This document shows positions 28,163 to 39,605 of a stretch of 64,000 bases of DNA, one piece after another. Numbering within the stretch: the first letter of the stretch is position 1; the number at the start of each line of letters is the position of its first letter. The notes beneath the pieces were generated by a model. The model was not told the origin of the DNA. It searched no databases and saw only the letters and a program-made list of their open reading frames with translations. The position numbers and the translations under genes were made by a program. Origin of the DNA: Selaginella moellendorffii (Eukaryota > Plantae > Lycopodiophyta); the NCBI RefSeq assembly GCF_000143415.4, contig NW_003314294.1:1606770-1670769 (forward strand), read 5' to 3'.

Positions 28163-28691
28163 ATGTAACCTTACATATTAAATTGAATTAAACAACTATA
28201 AAAAAATTAATGTCTTCAACTATTTTAGCATCAAAATTTATTTCTATTTTAATAGCAATTTTTAGTGGCTATTGTGTTATCAATTCTAACATATCTTCAA
28301 CTCTAAGTTGACGAGTGTCTTATAAACTTTTGAGAAGAATATGAAAATATATGTGGTAATAATTAAATAAATTAAAAATTATTATCTAATGAAATATAGA
28401 AATCAAATTGTCAAACTGGCAATTTGAAAATATTTTCATAATTTCAGAAGTTGATGGAAATCTACTAACACATGGTCTATAAGCAAATATTGCGAGAAAT
28501 GCATTTTTATTATGTATCTTATGATTGAAGATAATTGTGACAGAAAAATGCAGCATTGATCATTACGTTCCAGGGGATTTCATCTTTCTCAGGCAAGGTC
28601 ACCACACCAAGCAAGCATTCCAACACAGGCATTGGCAACAACAGTCACCACTCCCACAGCACAAAGGTTTTTACTGCCAGAAAAGAGCAGC

Positions 28692-29093
28692 TCAAGGTGA
28701 TTCGTTGGGCCTAGCTGTATCGCTCAAAACAGCCGCATTGCCTTGGCAAGCTCCCCCGATCAACACAGTCCAAGACACAACGTTCCTCTCGGCCATCCTT
28801 TTGAAGACTTTCCAGCAGCTACGAAGGTTGCTATACGTGCTCATCGTCGACGATCCATCTGGACCCAAGCTGCCAGTTCTTAATTCATCCAGAGAGAGCG
28901 CTCGCAGCATCGCGATGGAGCTCATGGTGTCCGGGATCACTCCCTCGCGCAGCAGACAGTGGAAGAGATCTAAGATGGCCTGGTGGAAATCTCCCAAGTG
29001 GACGTAAGCGCTGATGATGGGCAAGCTTGCCTTGAGCAGGCATTGCGTGAGCACTCTGTGAGAGTCGACGACGCTGCCACATTTTAGATACAT
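28692..29093 (-). pseudogene. PLS-class pentatricopeptide-repeat (PPR) gene fragment
   Basis: MYLKCGSVVDSHRV, ISAYVHLG...LDLFHCLLREGVIPD and KVFKRMAERNVVSWTVLIGG are typical PPR-PLS signatures; the fragment is short and degenerate. Confidence 0.8.
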
Positions 29094-29565
29094 CCACGCC
29101 TTAATTTTTAGTAAAAAATCATGTTTGTGTGTTGGATTGTCTGCTTAGGGTGCAGTGGAAGGGCGGGGTGATGTTCATGGCGGTGATGCTAGGACGGATT
29201 CCGTGGCACTGGCTCCCCGCAGGGAAATCTCGCGATCTTGATGAATGCTAAGGTGGGTGGCCATCTTTTTCTCGAAGTATAGCTCAATGATTGTGGCGGA
29301 AGAGGCAAGAAGGCGAGAAGAGACTGTAAGTTTTTTCAAGTCAAGTCTTTTTCCAGGGCTCCAAGAATACAAAGGTGATGTGTTCTTGCGTCTCCAGCTC
29401 CTTGTTTTACATCGACTTGATTTCGTTCAGTGTGCAAGCAGATGTTAGGCAGATTGGGGAAGGTGTGATTGCTTCATTTGTTCCTGTGCAATAAATTATC
29501 ATTGAGCTACAACGATAGATCAAGAGCTGACTACAAATTAGGGTTTCGTTTGGCTGGATCGAAGG

Positions 29566-30510
29566 ATGGATGTGCAGGAGCTTAGCAAAGAGGCAAAGAG
29601 GGCAAAGAGGGACGAGCTGCAAAGCAAACGTGAAGAACTATATAGGGAGATCCTGGAGATAAACAGGGAGCTTCTGGAGGAGCCAGAAGAAGCCGTGGAT
29701 CAGGACACTATCCAGGCTTTGGCAGAAGCATTCAAGACTACGTATTGAAGATGTGGTGTAGATAATGTAGGGCTCTTGCATTTTGAGCTTGAGGCAGTGT
29801 CCAAGGACTGGTGTAATGGGCATGCCAGGATAGCTCCAGTTGTGACTCTTGTGCAGTCGAGTGGCTGGGGAAAGTCGAGGACTGTCTGTGAGCTTGCGAA
29901 TAGGGGTGTGTTTGTAGTTTACTGCTCCTTCGCCTCGGCCTCCGGCTCCACGTACCCTCCAAGGTCTGCCATTGCCGATTTCTTCTATGACAGCGCTGTT
30001 ATGTTGCTCAGCTCGGGGCCATTGCTTGTGTCCCAGAGCAGGTTCATGCTCTTTTGCATGGACTACTTCGAATCGTGTATCGACACAGCCATGGAGATGA
30101 AGATGGAGCCGGAAGCATTCCTCCAAGAGGTAATGCTTGAAGACAATTTCTGGGGCACAGTAAAAGAGAAAAATAAGGAATCGGAAAGGAGTCCGGGAGA
30201 AGCTGTCCAGCATACTCGACCCAGGTCTATTGAAGAAGTCTTGTGAATGGGAACAGAAAGAAACACTGGGAAGAGATACTAGAATCATGAAGAAACTCCA
30301 GGGCTTGCAAAACCCTGAATCTGGTATTCTTAAAGTCTTGTTTGTGATGGACTAAGCCAGATGGTTTGCTCAAAGCCAGGATCCTACAGCTTTAGAGGCA
30401 TTCATCCCTGCGAGAAGAGCAGCCACAATTCTTCCCAACACAGGTGGTGCTTGTCTTCCTTTCACGGATACCAATGGCAGAAGAACCAACTTTGCACTGC
30501 CATTAAATAA
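29566..30510 (+). pseudogene. P-loop NTPase pseudogene (QSSGxGKSR family), cut off by telomeric repeats
   Basis: Walker A VQSSGWGKSRTVCEL; YPPRS motif; downstream LFVMD*A (Walker B DEA with a stop), RRA and FTDT...NF. Stops at ~29746 and ~30244; abuts the TTTAGGG tract at 30511. Confidence 0.75.
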
Positions 30511-30586
30511 GTTTAGGGTTTAGGGTTTAGGGTTTACCAGTTTAGGGTTTAGGGTTTAGGATTTAGGTGCGTTTAGGCATTTAGGG
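30511..30586 (+). repeat. Interstitial telomeric repeat (TTTAGGG)n with variants
   Basis: Seen directly. Confidence 0.95.
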
Positions 30587-30614
30587 TCAAAGACACCCTG
30601 CAGTGCTGCAATCC

Positions 30615-30924
30615 AGCACCTTCGCCATGTCGCTCGGATTGATTATTCCAAGTCCTCCCAAGACTCGCGGACGTGCTGTAGATTGCCATGCAACCTTGGC
30701 CATGCTCCTCCCTATGACCAGTGCGCCTCGCCACAAATACTGATGGATCATTGTGCGTACCTTTCTAAGAGTGTGTTCTGGGACAGGCCAGATGGAGAGG
30801 TGGTACCAGATGCTAGGCAGAATGATGCTCCTGGCGACTACCACTCTCGCTGGCAAGCCAAATTTTGAGGAAGCCCACTTCTGGATTGACGTTCGGACCT
30901 GTTGGAGCAAGGTGTCATTCTGAA
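30615..30924 (-). mobile_element. LINE ORF2 fragment of the same family as 16720-17033
   Basis: Aligns by eye to 16720-17033; ORF 30587-30910 reads ...ARSIILPSIWY...KVAWQSTARPRVLGGLGI. Confidence 0.85.
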
Positions 30925-31028
30925 GTTTAGGGTTTGAGGTTTAGGCTTTAGGTTTAATGTTTAGGGTTTAGGATTTAGGGTTTAGGGTTTAGGGTTTTAG
31001 GGTTTAGGGTTTAGGGTTTAGGATTTTG
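30925..31028 (+). repeat. Interstitial telomeric repeat (TTTAGGG)n, ~14 units with variants
   Basis: Seen directly. Confidence 0.95.
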
Positions 31029-32434
31029 GAATTGCGATTAGCCAAAAGCAGTCCACATTGCTTGATCCAGTGGAACTCAAGAATGCTAGAGATCGGCTAT
31101 GGCAATCTGAGATAAGAGGAAAAACTAGAGAAAATTTATAGTGAAAAATTCACTAATGAAACACTGGCCTCTGTGCGCTGCGTTCTGCCGCCAGAGCGCC
31201 ACAAAAAATCCTTACCTTGGGCTGCTCACGGCCACTAAGTGTTTGGGAGCTAGCTTGACATCTCCACTCAGCAGTCTTTCCGACATCTAGCGCAGCCCAG
31301 CTCCCCTGACTTGGGTATGGCACAGCAAATCCCTCACAAAGGCTTTTTGCGCCCCTTTGGTATGTTGCCTTGGCACCACCAAAGGATCACCAAAGATGCC
31401 AATGGGAATGCTCCTTGCCACTCAGAGCACCCAAGCTGCCCAGACATCGCCACAATGCTGCCAAAAATCCACCTAATCTGCCATGGATCCCTTGCAATTG
31501 CCACCCTAGCCAGCCCCTGCCACTGGAACAGAGCAGCGAGCCCTCTCGCCTTAACGCTCTCCAGGACCTGGCCCAGCGCAGCAGCCACCGTCACCTTTGC
31601 ACTTGGCTCTGCTCTGCGTGTCCATGACACCACGCTCAACACTGTCCCCACAGACTCGATGAGTGCCTCGACACAACCAACAAATCACCCTTCCATCTAC
31701 GGAGGTACACAGATGACAGAGTGAGCACTTGGACAGGTACACGAGCAGGCCTCGAACGATGGCCCCGAGGATACAACATGCTACGTCCCTCGATCAAGAT
31801 CACCTCAGTGATCTCGCTCGAGGAGTTGGATTTTCTCGATATCCACTTTTTCAAAGGCCCTCACCTTGAAAAGACAGGCTGCCTCGACTCATCCACGTTC
31901 CAGAAGCCCCTCAACGCCACCTCCCCTGGACGTCGGTTCACCCATGGCACCAGAAAGTGGCATTTATCCGCAGCAAGCTCCAGAGATACCTCCTCTGTGA
32001 GAGCATGGCCAATGGATTCCATGCCATGCGCACGCAGTTCTACCACCGCCTCTGTGCCCGGGGATACCCGATCTCCTTCCTCCAACACTGCCTCTCCAGC
32101 ATCTCCTCTGACCAACGACATCAAGCTCTCCTTGCATGCTCGCGCCGCTCTAGCGACGCTTGTCGATGGGCCCCCCTCGCCTTTAAGCTCCCCTACACGC
32201 TTCACAGCATGCAGCTAGGCTTGGGGGACATCCTAAACCCTAAACAGGTGATGGATGAAGCTCCCGCAGACGCACTCCCCTGAGTGATCACGTGCCAGAG
32301 ATGCCTCCCGACCCCGGTTTGTTCCTGGTCAGGGCTAAACTCGTTTTGCGAGCTTAGCCACGTCTTCTATTGCGCCTTGCAAGAGACAGAAGCATATGAT
32401 TGCATCCTTCTCCGCATGACCGATGACCTTTAGG

Positions 32435-33140
32435 GTCTGGCCAATGGACTCTAGGTATGTCCCAGTCACCCCAGGTCGTCCCCCACCGGTCAACGCCCGG
32501 TCAACGCTCAGTCTACTGTCAAAACAGGAATATTCCCGAATATTCCGACAGTCAGATGGTTGACCAAGTCAACGAGGCCTACACCATTCGATTCTGCACC
32601 CCTCTCCAAGTGTGACTACACTGGTCTCATCTTCTTGCGATGGATACCACACCTTGGAAAGCTTGCGAATCTCATAATGGTGCCATGCGATGACGTCGAT
32701 GCCACACACACCGACACCTCGCAGGAAAAGGACCTTTCTGCATGACCAAAGGACCTCAGGTACGTACCAGTCACTCCAGGCCACCTCCCTTTCGAGTCAA
32801 CGCACGGTCAACGCTGAGTCAACGGTCATAATGGAATATTCCCTGACAGTGTTTTTGTTGACCGAGTCAAAACGACATATACCGTTGGATTCCGCTCTTC
32901 CTTCCGATCGTGAATATGTGAGTTTCAACTCTGAACTCCACACAGGATTCGTTGAAAAGCGTGTTTTCCATTAAAATGGTGCCGCTCCCTCGACATCGGC
33001 AACACATGCCGACAGCTCACGGGATGGCTCTCCCCTGCATCACTGCTGGACTCTGGGTATGTATGAGTCACCTCAGGCCCTCCACCATCCCAGTCTACAC
33101 ACGGTCAACAGCAGAATATTCCCAGAATATTCCCTGCAAA
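32435..33140. repeat. ~300-bp degenerate tandem repeats (about 2.3 units) in the PLE 3' region
   Basis: GGAC...GGTAYGT..AGTCAC, CGGTCAAC and GAATATTCCC recur at ~32440, ~32745 and ~33045. Confidence 0.7.
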
Positions 33141-33480
33141 GTGAACCACGTTTTCGCCTCCAGGTACGTACAAGTGACGACAAGCACTGTGGACATAATG
33201 CATGCATCATACCATGCTGCGTTTACAAGTTATCTTGCGTCAAAGGTACGTCACCTGCCGGACAAACACTTACCGTCTTCGGCGATCTGCCGAAGTCATT
33301 CTCCGCGACTACCACTACTGTGGAGTAACCAACACCAGCTGTGCTACGTTCGCACCCCCGCGAGCCAACACTGCCATGCCACTTTGCATGGCCGCCACAC
33401 AGACTCGCGCCACATGACAGAGCCAGAATATAAGTAGAGTCGGCACTGAGCTAGGGTTAGGGTAGACACTAGATGACTAC

Positions 33481-33523
33481 ACCCGGCTGATGAGTCCCAA
33501 AAAGGATGAAACCGGTCTCGGGT
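33481..33523 (+). ncRNA. Minimal type I hammerhead ribozyme
   Basis: ACCCGG-CTGATGA-GTCC-CAAAAA-GGAT-GAAA-CCG-GTC-TCGGGT: conserved core, stem I ACCCGG/TCGGGT, stem II GTCC/GGAT, palindromic ACCGGT mini stem III and a GUC cleavage triplet. Confidence 0.88.
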
Positions 33524-33687
33524 TGTCTCTTGTCCTTTCCCTCGCTCATGAATGAATAAAAATTCATTCCCTTGCCTCCTCTACTTGCTCTTGATCACGC
33601 CATTTCGACAACGGCACACGGAGAATGTGGATTGCACAAAGTGGTGCCACGATCTCGCCGGATTGCAGCACCGCGGGGTGTCTTTGA

Positions 33688-33742
33688 CCCTAAACGCCTA
33701 AACGCGCCTAAATCCTAAACCCTAAACCCTAAACCCTAAACC
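33688..33742 (-). repeat. (CCCTAAA)n telomeric tract ending the PLE
   Basis: Seen directly; part of a ~75-bp inverted repeat with 30541-30614. Confidence 0.9.
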
Positions 33743-34814
33743 AGTTAAGTAACAGTGACAGTCACATCCGGAGTAAGACGTGGTGTGCTGTTCAATGCTT
33801 ATCTTGCTCTTAAGGTCTGTGATAGCAGTGACAAAATGATGAAGAGTAATCCTAGTAAGTATAATAGGGATCAGCTCTCTATCTAGTTTCATTAGGGCAT
33901 GGCCATTGAGAGAGTGAGAGAGAGAGGGAATAGTCTGGTCCTTAGAATATTCCCATCTTCCTTGTATAAAACCCTTGCCCCACAAGGGCAAGGGGGGGCA
34001 TTTGCGGTGAGCATTGAAGCATTTCTCATGTTTGAGCGAGTGTTGGGGGAGGCGCCCCTCCTTCCTTCAACAAATGGTGAACTTAGTGTAATGCGCAGCA
34101 CTTTTTGAGGCATCATTTCTCTCTTTTTCTTTTGGCTGCAGAATTTGGGAAGGAATTTCTTATTCGTCTTGCAGTGGTTTTGTTTGATCTTAGGCATATT
34201 AGATAGGTCTGGAGCTCCTCTTTCCAGAAAGGTATGGCGCTCATCAAACTGTGCAGTATTTGAAGAGATATAATGCTTCTTGGCTCGGTTTGATGACTAT
34301 TTTGGGGTTTTCACTTTCTCGCCTAAATCTTCGGCCCAATTTCTCAAAGTAGTGCATTTGGGCTTGTAGATCTGGCTTAAATTTATGAGTAGTGGTGATT
34401 CTTGGCACTAGATTTGGGTAAATTGAAAGCATGCAAAAGGATTTTCTTCTCCCACTAGATTGGGTCATCTTTGTAGTAGGAATTCATGCTTCTTCGGGCT
34501 TTGTTTTGGATGCCGTTTATTTCTAGAGGTGCTCCTGGTCCTAGGCTTTCCAAAAATACCAATGGTGCCTTAGTATCGATTTACATTAGTGACATGCACA
34601 TGTCTTTCCACAATATTGATGTTCTAGACTACCTTTTCTTGGATTTCACGGAATATTGAGGCAGTTTCTTCACAAATTCTTGCAATAGAGGGTAGACAGG
34701 GTTAAGCCCTTTCCAACGAGCCCACCAACAATCAAAATGGGGAAGGATCAAGACCAGAGGACCCATTTTTCTCTTTTGCGCTAAACTTTATTGGGAGTTC
34801 CTTGGGAACGAAGC

Positions 34815-35015
34815 AATCTTCAGGGAGCAAGAGTAGGCATAGGAACAGGAACAGGAGCAGGAACAGGAGTTGGCGCAGGAGTAAGAGCAGGTGCAGGGGT
34901 AGGAGTTGGTGCTGGAGTAAGTGCAGAAGTAGGAGCGAGAGTAGGGGGTTACCGGTTACAGGTTACAAGTCCCTAGTTACTGATTATTAGTTACTGATTA
35001 CCAGTTACTGGCTAC
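34815..35015. repeat. Short tandem repeats (GCAGGAGTAG-like 6/12-mers, then GTTACTG-like 7-mers)
   Basis: Seen directly, upstream of the Gypsy gag region. Confidence 0.7.
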
Positions 35016-35449
35016 TACAAGAGGTCAATAGTTACTCTATAGGTCAATGGTTATGTGTGCTTGAGGCTTAAATCTCCTTCCATTTTCACCCTTATTTCTC
35101 TTCATTATAGGCATTTTGAGCAACTTGAGCACTAGCCTACAATCTTCTTGCTCTTATCAACCCAGTTGCCTTGACTGGGCATTTGCAGTGTTCAGGGTAT
35201 TTGATGCCAGTACAAACTAGACATGTGACAGATTGGCACCCTTTTACCATACCTCAAGGCCCTAAGGTATGGAGTAAACTTCCTAAATTCTAGAGGCAAC
35301 TTAGGTACGACATAGCACCTTCTTGTGCCGAGTCCTCTTCATCCTTGGTAAATTCCATTGACTTCGATCTAAGAGCTATGGTGTAGCCATCTTTAGCTCA
35401 ACCTCAGCTCCATGTTTTGTAGAAGGGGAGTGATCTGCCGACCTTCTTA

Positions 35450-38400
35450 GGTGTTGGAACAGTCTCTCTAGCATCGCATATCAGTTTCTTTGATTATTAC
35501 TGCACCACAAACATGATCGTCGATGATGATCGAATGTGCCACGACTTCTTGTAGTCTTTCAAAGGCAAAGCAGCAACTTGGGCAAATTCTCTCCTCCCAG
35601 AGGACTGGACAGACTTCCAGACACTACTTTCTTCTTTTAAAGAATGTTTCATTGAAGAAAAACCCACAAATCGACTACTTATTGACCTCTTTTCGTTCCA
35701 GTAGGGTGCTCACGAATCTATTCCTAACTACATCACCCGGTTTCGAGCATATTGGAAGTAGTGTTGCGATCACAGAGTGGTCCAAGATGAGCAACAAGGG
35801 ATTACAGCATTCACAATAGGTCTACGTGGGAAGTTGTAGTGAAAACTTCTTAAGAAGACATTCAGCTCTTGCCGCGAGGCATTTTCGTTTGCCATGAAGC
35901 TGGAAAGAGAGCTTCTTGTCGACCTGGGGTTGTTAGAATTGATTTCGACCAAGCCATCACCCCGTCAGAATCACCTAATGCAGCTGTTCACCCATCCACA
36001 CCAAAGCCCGTCACTATTGAGCATACACTTCCAGCTATTGAGAACTTTGCCAATAAGATGCGACAGCTGAAGAAGATCATTCTTCAGCAACAATCACACT
36101 TGACAAATTGCTTCAAGAGCTAGTGGAGTCTAGGAAAGAGGTTGCTATAGCTCGGGAACACAGATTTAAGTCCCGTTGGTGCACTCATTGTGAGACGAAC
36201 ACACACAACACATAGCGCTACTTCAAGCTTCACCCAGAGCTTCAGCCTCCACCTTCTCAACATGTCCAACAACATCCCTTTGCTGACAATTCCACATCAT
36301 CTCGCGGTCCAGAGACATATTAGGAGCAATTGGAGTAACAAGAAATTGAGGCAGCCCCTTTGTTAAGCAAAGGCAAGGCCCTAGCCTCATTGGTCAACAC
36401 GATTTTGGTAGCCGAGGAACTCTATAGACAACAATAGCAAATGTCAGCCAGTTGAGCCCAAGCGAAGAAGAAGGTAGCCACTCAGTCTGGCATCGATCCC
36501 CCGGCGTTGGTTGAAAATGAATCTTTGTCGGCACCAAATCTAGTGACATAGAGGGTGGCTTGTAAGCTCCCCTTCAAGTCACTACTCTCTTCTCCTCTTG
36601 AGATGTCACCAATAGTTATTCTTGTTCCGAAGCTGGTTCTTCAACAACTGGTTGACACTCCCGTCACCTTTTCGCTCCGAAACATGTTGTGTCTTGTCCC
36701 GGGATTCAGCCAGCATTTAGAGTAGTTTGCATGGTCAGGAACACCAGAGAGCACTCTCAAGAGAACTCCTCAAGAGGTGCATATTGTTGACATGACAAGC
36801 TATGGTGGAGATCCTGGTCCATTCTTTGTCTTGGTGCAGATTGGTACTTCCTCTTATAGGGTGGATGCTTTGGTTGACTCCAATTTTGGAAGCAACATTA
36901 TCTCTCTCAAAGCTGCCCTTTTGGCATAGCTACAGATAACTGAGAGCTCCTCCATTGTGCTCAAGACCTTTGCCAACCACACCGTTCCTCCAGTGGGCAT
37001 TTGCTGTGGTGTCAAGGTCTCAGTGTAGGGTGTTATTTTTGAGGTAGATTTCCTCGTGGTTGACTACCAATGTCTTGGAACATCCTCGTTGAAGGACTCT
37101 ATCATCCTTGGCCACTCATGGCAAGTCATAGCCCATTGCACCATTGATAGTGCACAAGGCAAGATGGAAATTAGTGATGGAACCCATAATGCCACTTTTC
37201 TCAACAACCACGGTAGAGCTCTTTCTTAGCAAGCCCAGTAGGCTCAAACTAAGATGGCCTCCACACCACACTTTTCTCCTAAGCTCATAGAGGTTTTTCC
37301 TGAGTTGTGGTGGAGTTGACCATCTATATGACAGATGGTTTCTCATGCAATGCGATCAATATTGTTGGAGGTGAATCAAATAGCTCAAGACATCTCTCAG
37401 CTGTACTTTCTTTATTTGAGAGTAAAGCCGAGCCTCCAGCCACACCCTCTTTATCTGATGGCGAGGCTTATAGGGTATGGGCTCCCATATTCAGCTTTTC
37501 AAAGTGTTTCTTGATAGAGGAAGGGCTTCTCAATTCGTTCCTTGCATGGGACCGACTCTCTCTTATGGAGTTTCATGACATAGTCACTCCAAACTAGGTC
37601 CATCTTTCATAGGACACAGTTGAACTCAATCCTCCTCAGCAACTATTTGAGTGTAAATTTAGGGTGACTGAAGGCCGGTTTCTAGGCTTTGATGTCTCAC
37701 AGAAGGGGATCAAGCCCCAAGTAGCCAAGGCTCAAGAGATTTTGGATCAGAACCCACCAACCAATGTGAAGCAGCTTCGCAGCTTCCTTGGGCAAACGGG
37801 TTTCTTTTGCTGTTTCCTCCACAACTATGCTACACGTTCATGGCCTTTGGTAGCTCTGCTATGACACAACGTTCCATTTTTCTGGGGTGAGTCCCAGCAA
37901 CAAGCCTTTGAATCACTGAAGTAGTCATTCCGCACGGCCCTGGTACTCCAACCACCAAAACGATAACTTCCTTTTGACATTTACATCACTACAGGTACAG
38001 AGGCTTTTGGAGTATGCCTTTGCCAATGTTCACAGCCTGGCAAGCCACCACATGCAACATACTATGCCTCACATTCGTTCAAGGAGACTGAGAGGAAGTA
38101 TGTGGATGTGGAAAAAAAAGTAGTGGTTGTTGTTTACACCTTGAAGTGATTTTGTCACTTTCTTGCTGGAGCTTGTATCCATTTCCATGTCTATTTCAAT
38201 GTGCTAACCTTTCTTTTACAGCGACTGGTTCATAGTCCTCATACTTTATCTTGGATTGTGACCATCCAAGAGTTCCAGCCAACTTTTCACATGCGGTGGA
38301 AGCATGTGATGGGTCCGAGCGAGTTCCTGGTTGCTGAAGCTACTTCCTTTGTGGTCCCAGCAGCATTACAGGACATTGCAGTGTACCTGGATTCAATTCA

Positions 38401-39605
38401 ATTCCCAGGAGATTCCTCACTAGTGCAACAAAAGGCATTGGAGATCCGAGCATGGGGATTTTGCCTTCTCGATGGACACCTTTACAGAAGAACTTCTCAG
38501 GAAGTTTTGTTGCGGTGTGTGGGTGAACACAAAGTCCTTGAGCTCCTTTGTGTTTTCCACTCTTGTGCGGGGCATTTCTCAGGATGGGTCATAGCATAGC
38601 TCCTCTTGTGCCATGGCTACTTTTGGCCTCAGATTTACCAGAACAGCTTGGCCTATGCAAAGGCATGTGAGCAATGCCAACAGTTCAACCCCTGGAGCCA
38701 TGTTACACATCTTCCTTTCCAGCTCATCACTTCTTCGGGTCCCTTTTTCCAGTGGGGAATTGACTTCATCGGCCCGATCAACCCATTGAGCTCAAAAGGA
38801 CAGCAATACATCATCATGGTGATGGACTATTTCATGAAATGGGTTGAGGCCACCCCTCTGTGACAGGCAGATCAATAGTTTATAGCGAAGTTTGTCTATG
38901 AGTACATTATTTGTCGATTCAGAGTTCCTGCCGTTTTGATTTCCGATTGTGGTAGCAGCTTCCTTGGATAGGTGATGCAGCATCTTCTCCAATGGCTGTA
39001 GGTCAAGCACGTGAAGAGCAGCAGCTATTATCCTGAGTGCAATGGCCAGGTAGAGTCCAGCAACAAGATATTGAAGACAGTCATCTCAAAGCTTGTGGAG
39101 GATCACCCAAGGCATTGGCATGAGCACTAGGTTACTGTGTTGTGGGCTTTTCGAACGTCCTTCAAGACATCCATCTCCATGACCCCATTCTTCTTTGTCT
39201 AGGGACAGAGGCTGTGCTTCCAATGGAGATCCAAGTGCCATCACTCTACTTTCACTTCAATACGCAGTAGCAATGCAGCTTAGCGATGAGGACAAGCTTC
39301 ATACACGTGACTTGGAGGTTCTTGCCTTGGAAGAACAGCAACGATCCACGACTGAACATCTCCTTCAAGGCAAGCCGAAGATCAAGTCTGTCATTGATCA
39401 CTAGCAATCTACCAAACCATTCAAAGATGGCAATCTTCTTCTACTCAAGCAGTTCATGCCACCTTCAAAGTTCTCCCCTCACTGGACCGGGCCCTACTTT
39501 GTCTAGTGACACATTGGAGGTAGAGCATACGTGCTAGTTGATGCTGAAGGACATGAGCTCCCGCACGCTCACAACCACTCTCACCTAAAATGCTTCATCC
39601 GGTGA
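35450..39605 (+). pseudogene. Degenerate Ty3/Gypsy gag-pol with partly deleted RT
   Basis: Gag and CCHC-like remnant near 36180; protease DALVDS near 36865; RT end GRFLGFDVSQKGIKP...KQLRSFLG; RNase H; integrase GYFWPQIY...CEQCQ...GPFFQWGIDFIGP...DYFMKWVEA; GPY-like WTGPYF near 39485. Confidence 0.88.

Larger units (their letters stand above)
25541..28174 (-). mobile_element. Highly decayed LTR element: short LTR pair (~25541-25744 and 28016-28174) with a tRNA-Ala-like PBS
   Basis: Both repeats share ATGGAAATA, AAATGGA.GGTC.ATAT, TATACTACTATAATTA and end in CCTTACA. TTGGTGGAGATC lies on the minus strand next to 28016. Interior is AT-rich with no recognisable ORF. Confidence 0.55.
31170..33742 (+). 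mobile_element. Penelope-like retroelement, apparently endonuclease-deficient and telomere-associated type; 5'-truncated
   Basis: RT remnants PDIATMLPKI, LRRYTDD (~31705-31720), SIKITSVISLEELDFLDIHFFK...STFQKP and thumb AFIRSKLQRYL...FYHRLCARGYP, ending at the 32283 stop with no GIY-YIG domain visible. 3' region has a hammerhead and ends in (CCCTAAA)n. Confidence 0.85.

Noticed and set aside
30511-31028. True chromosome end
   Set aside because: The tracts are short, degenerate and flanked by long sequence on both sides; they are interstitial.
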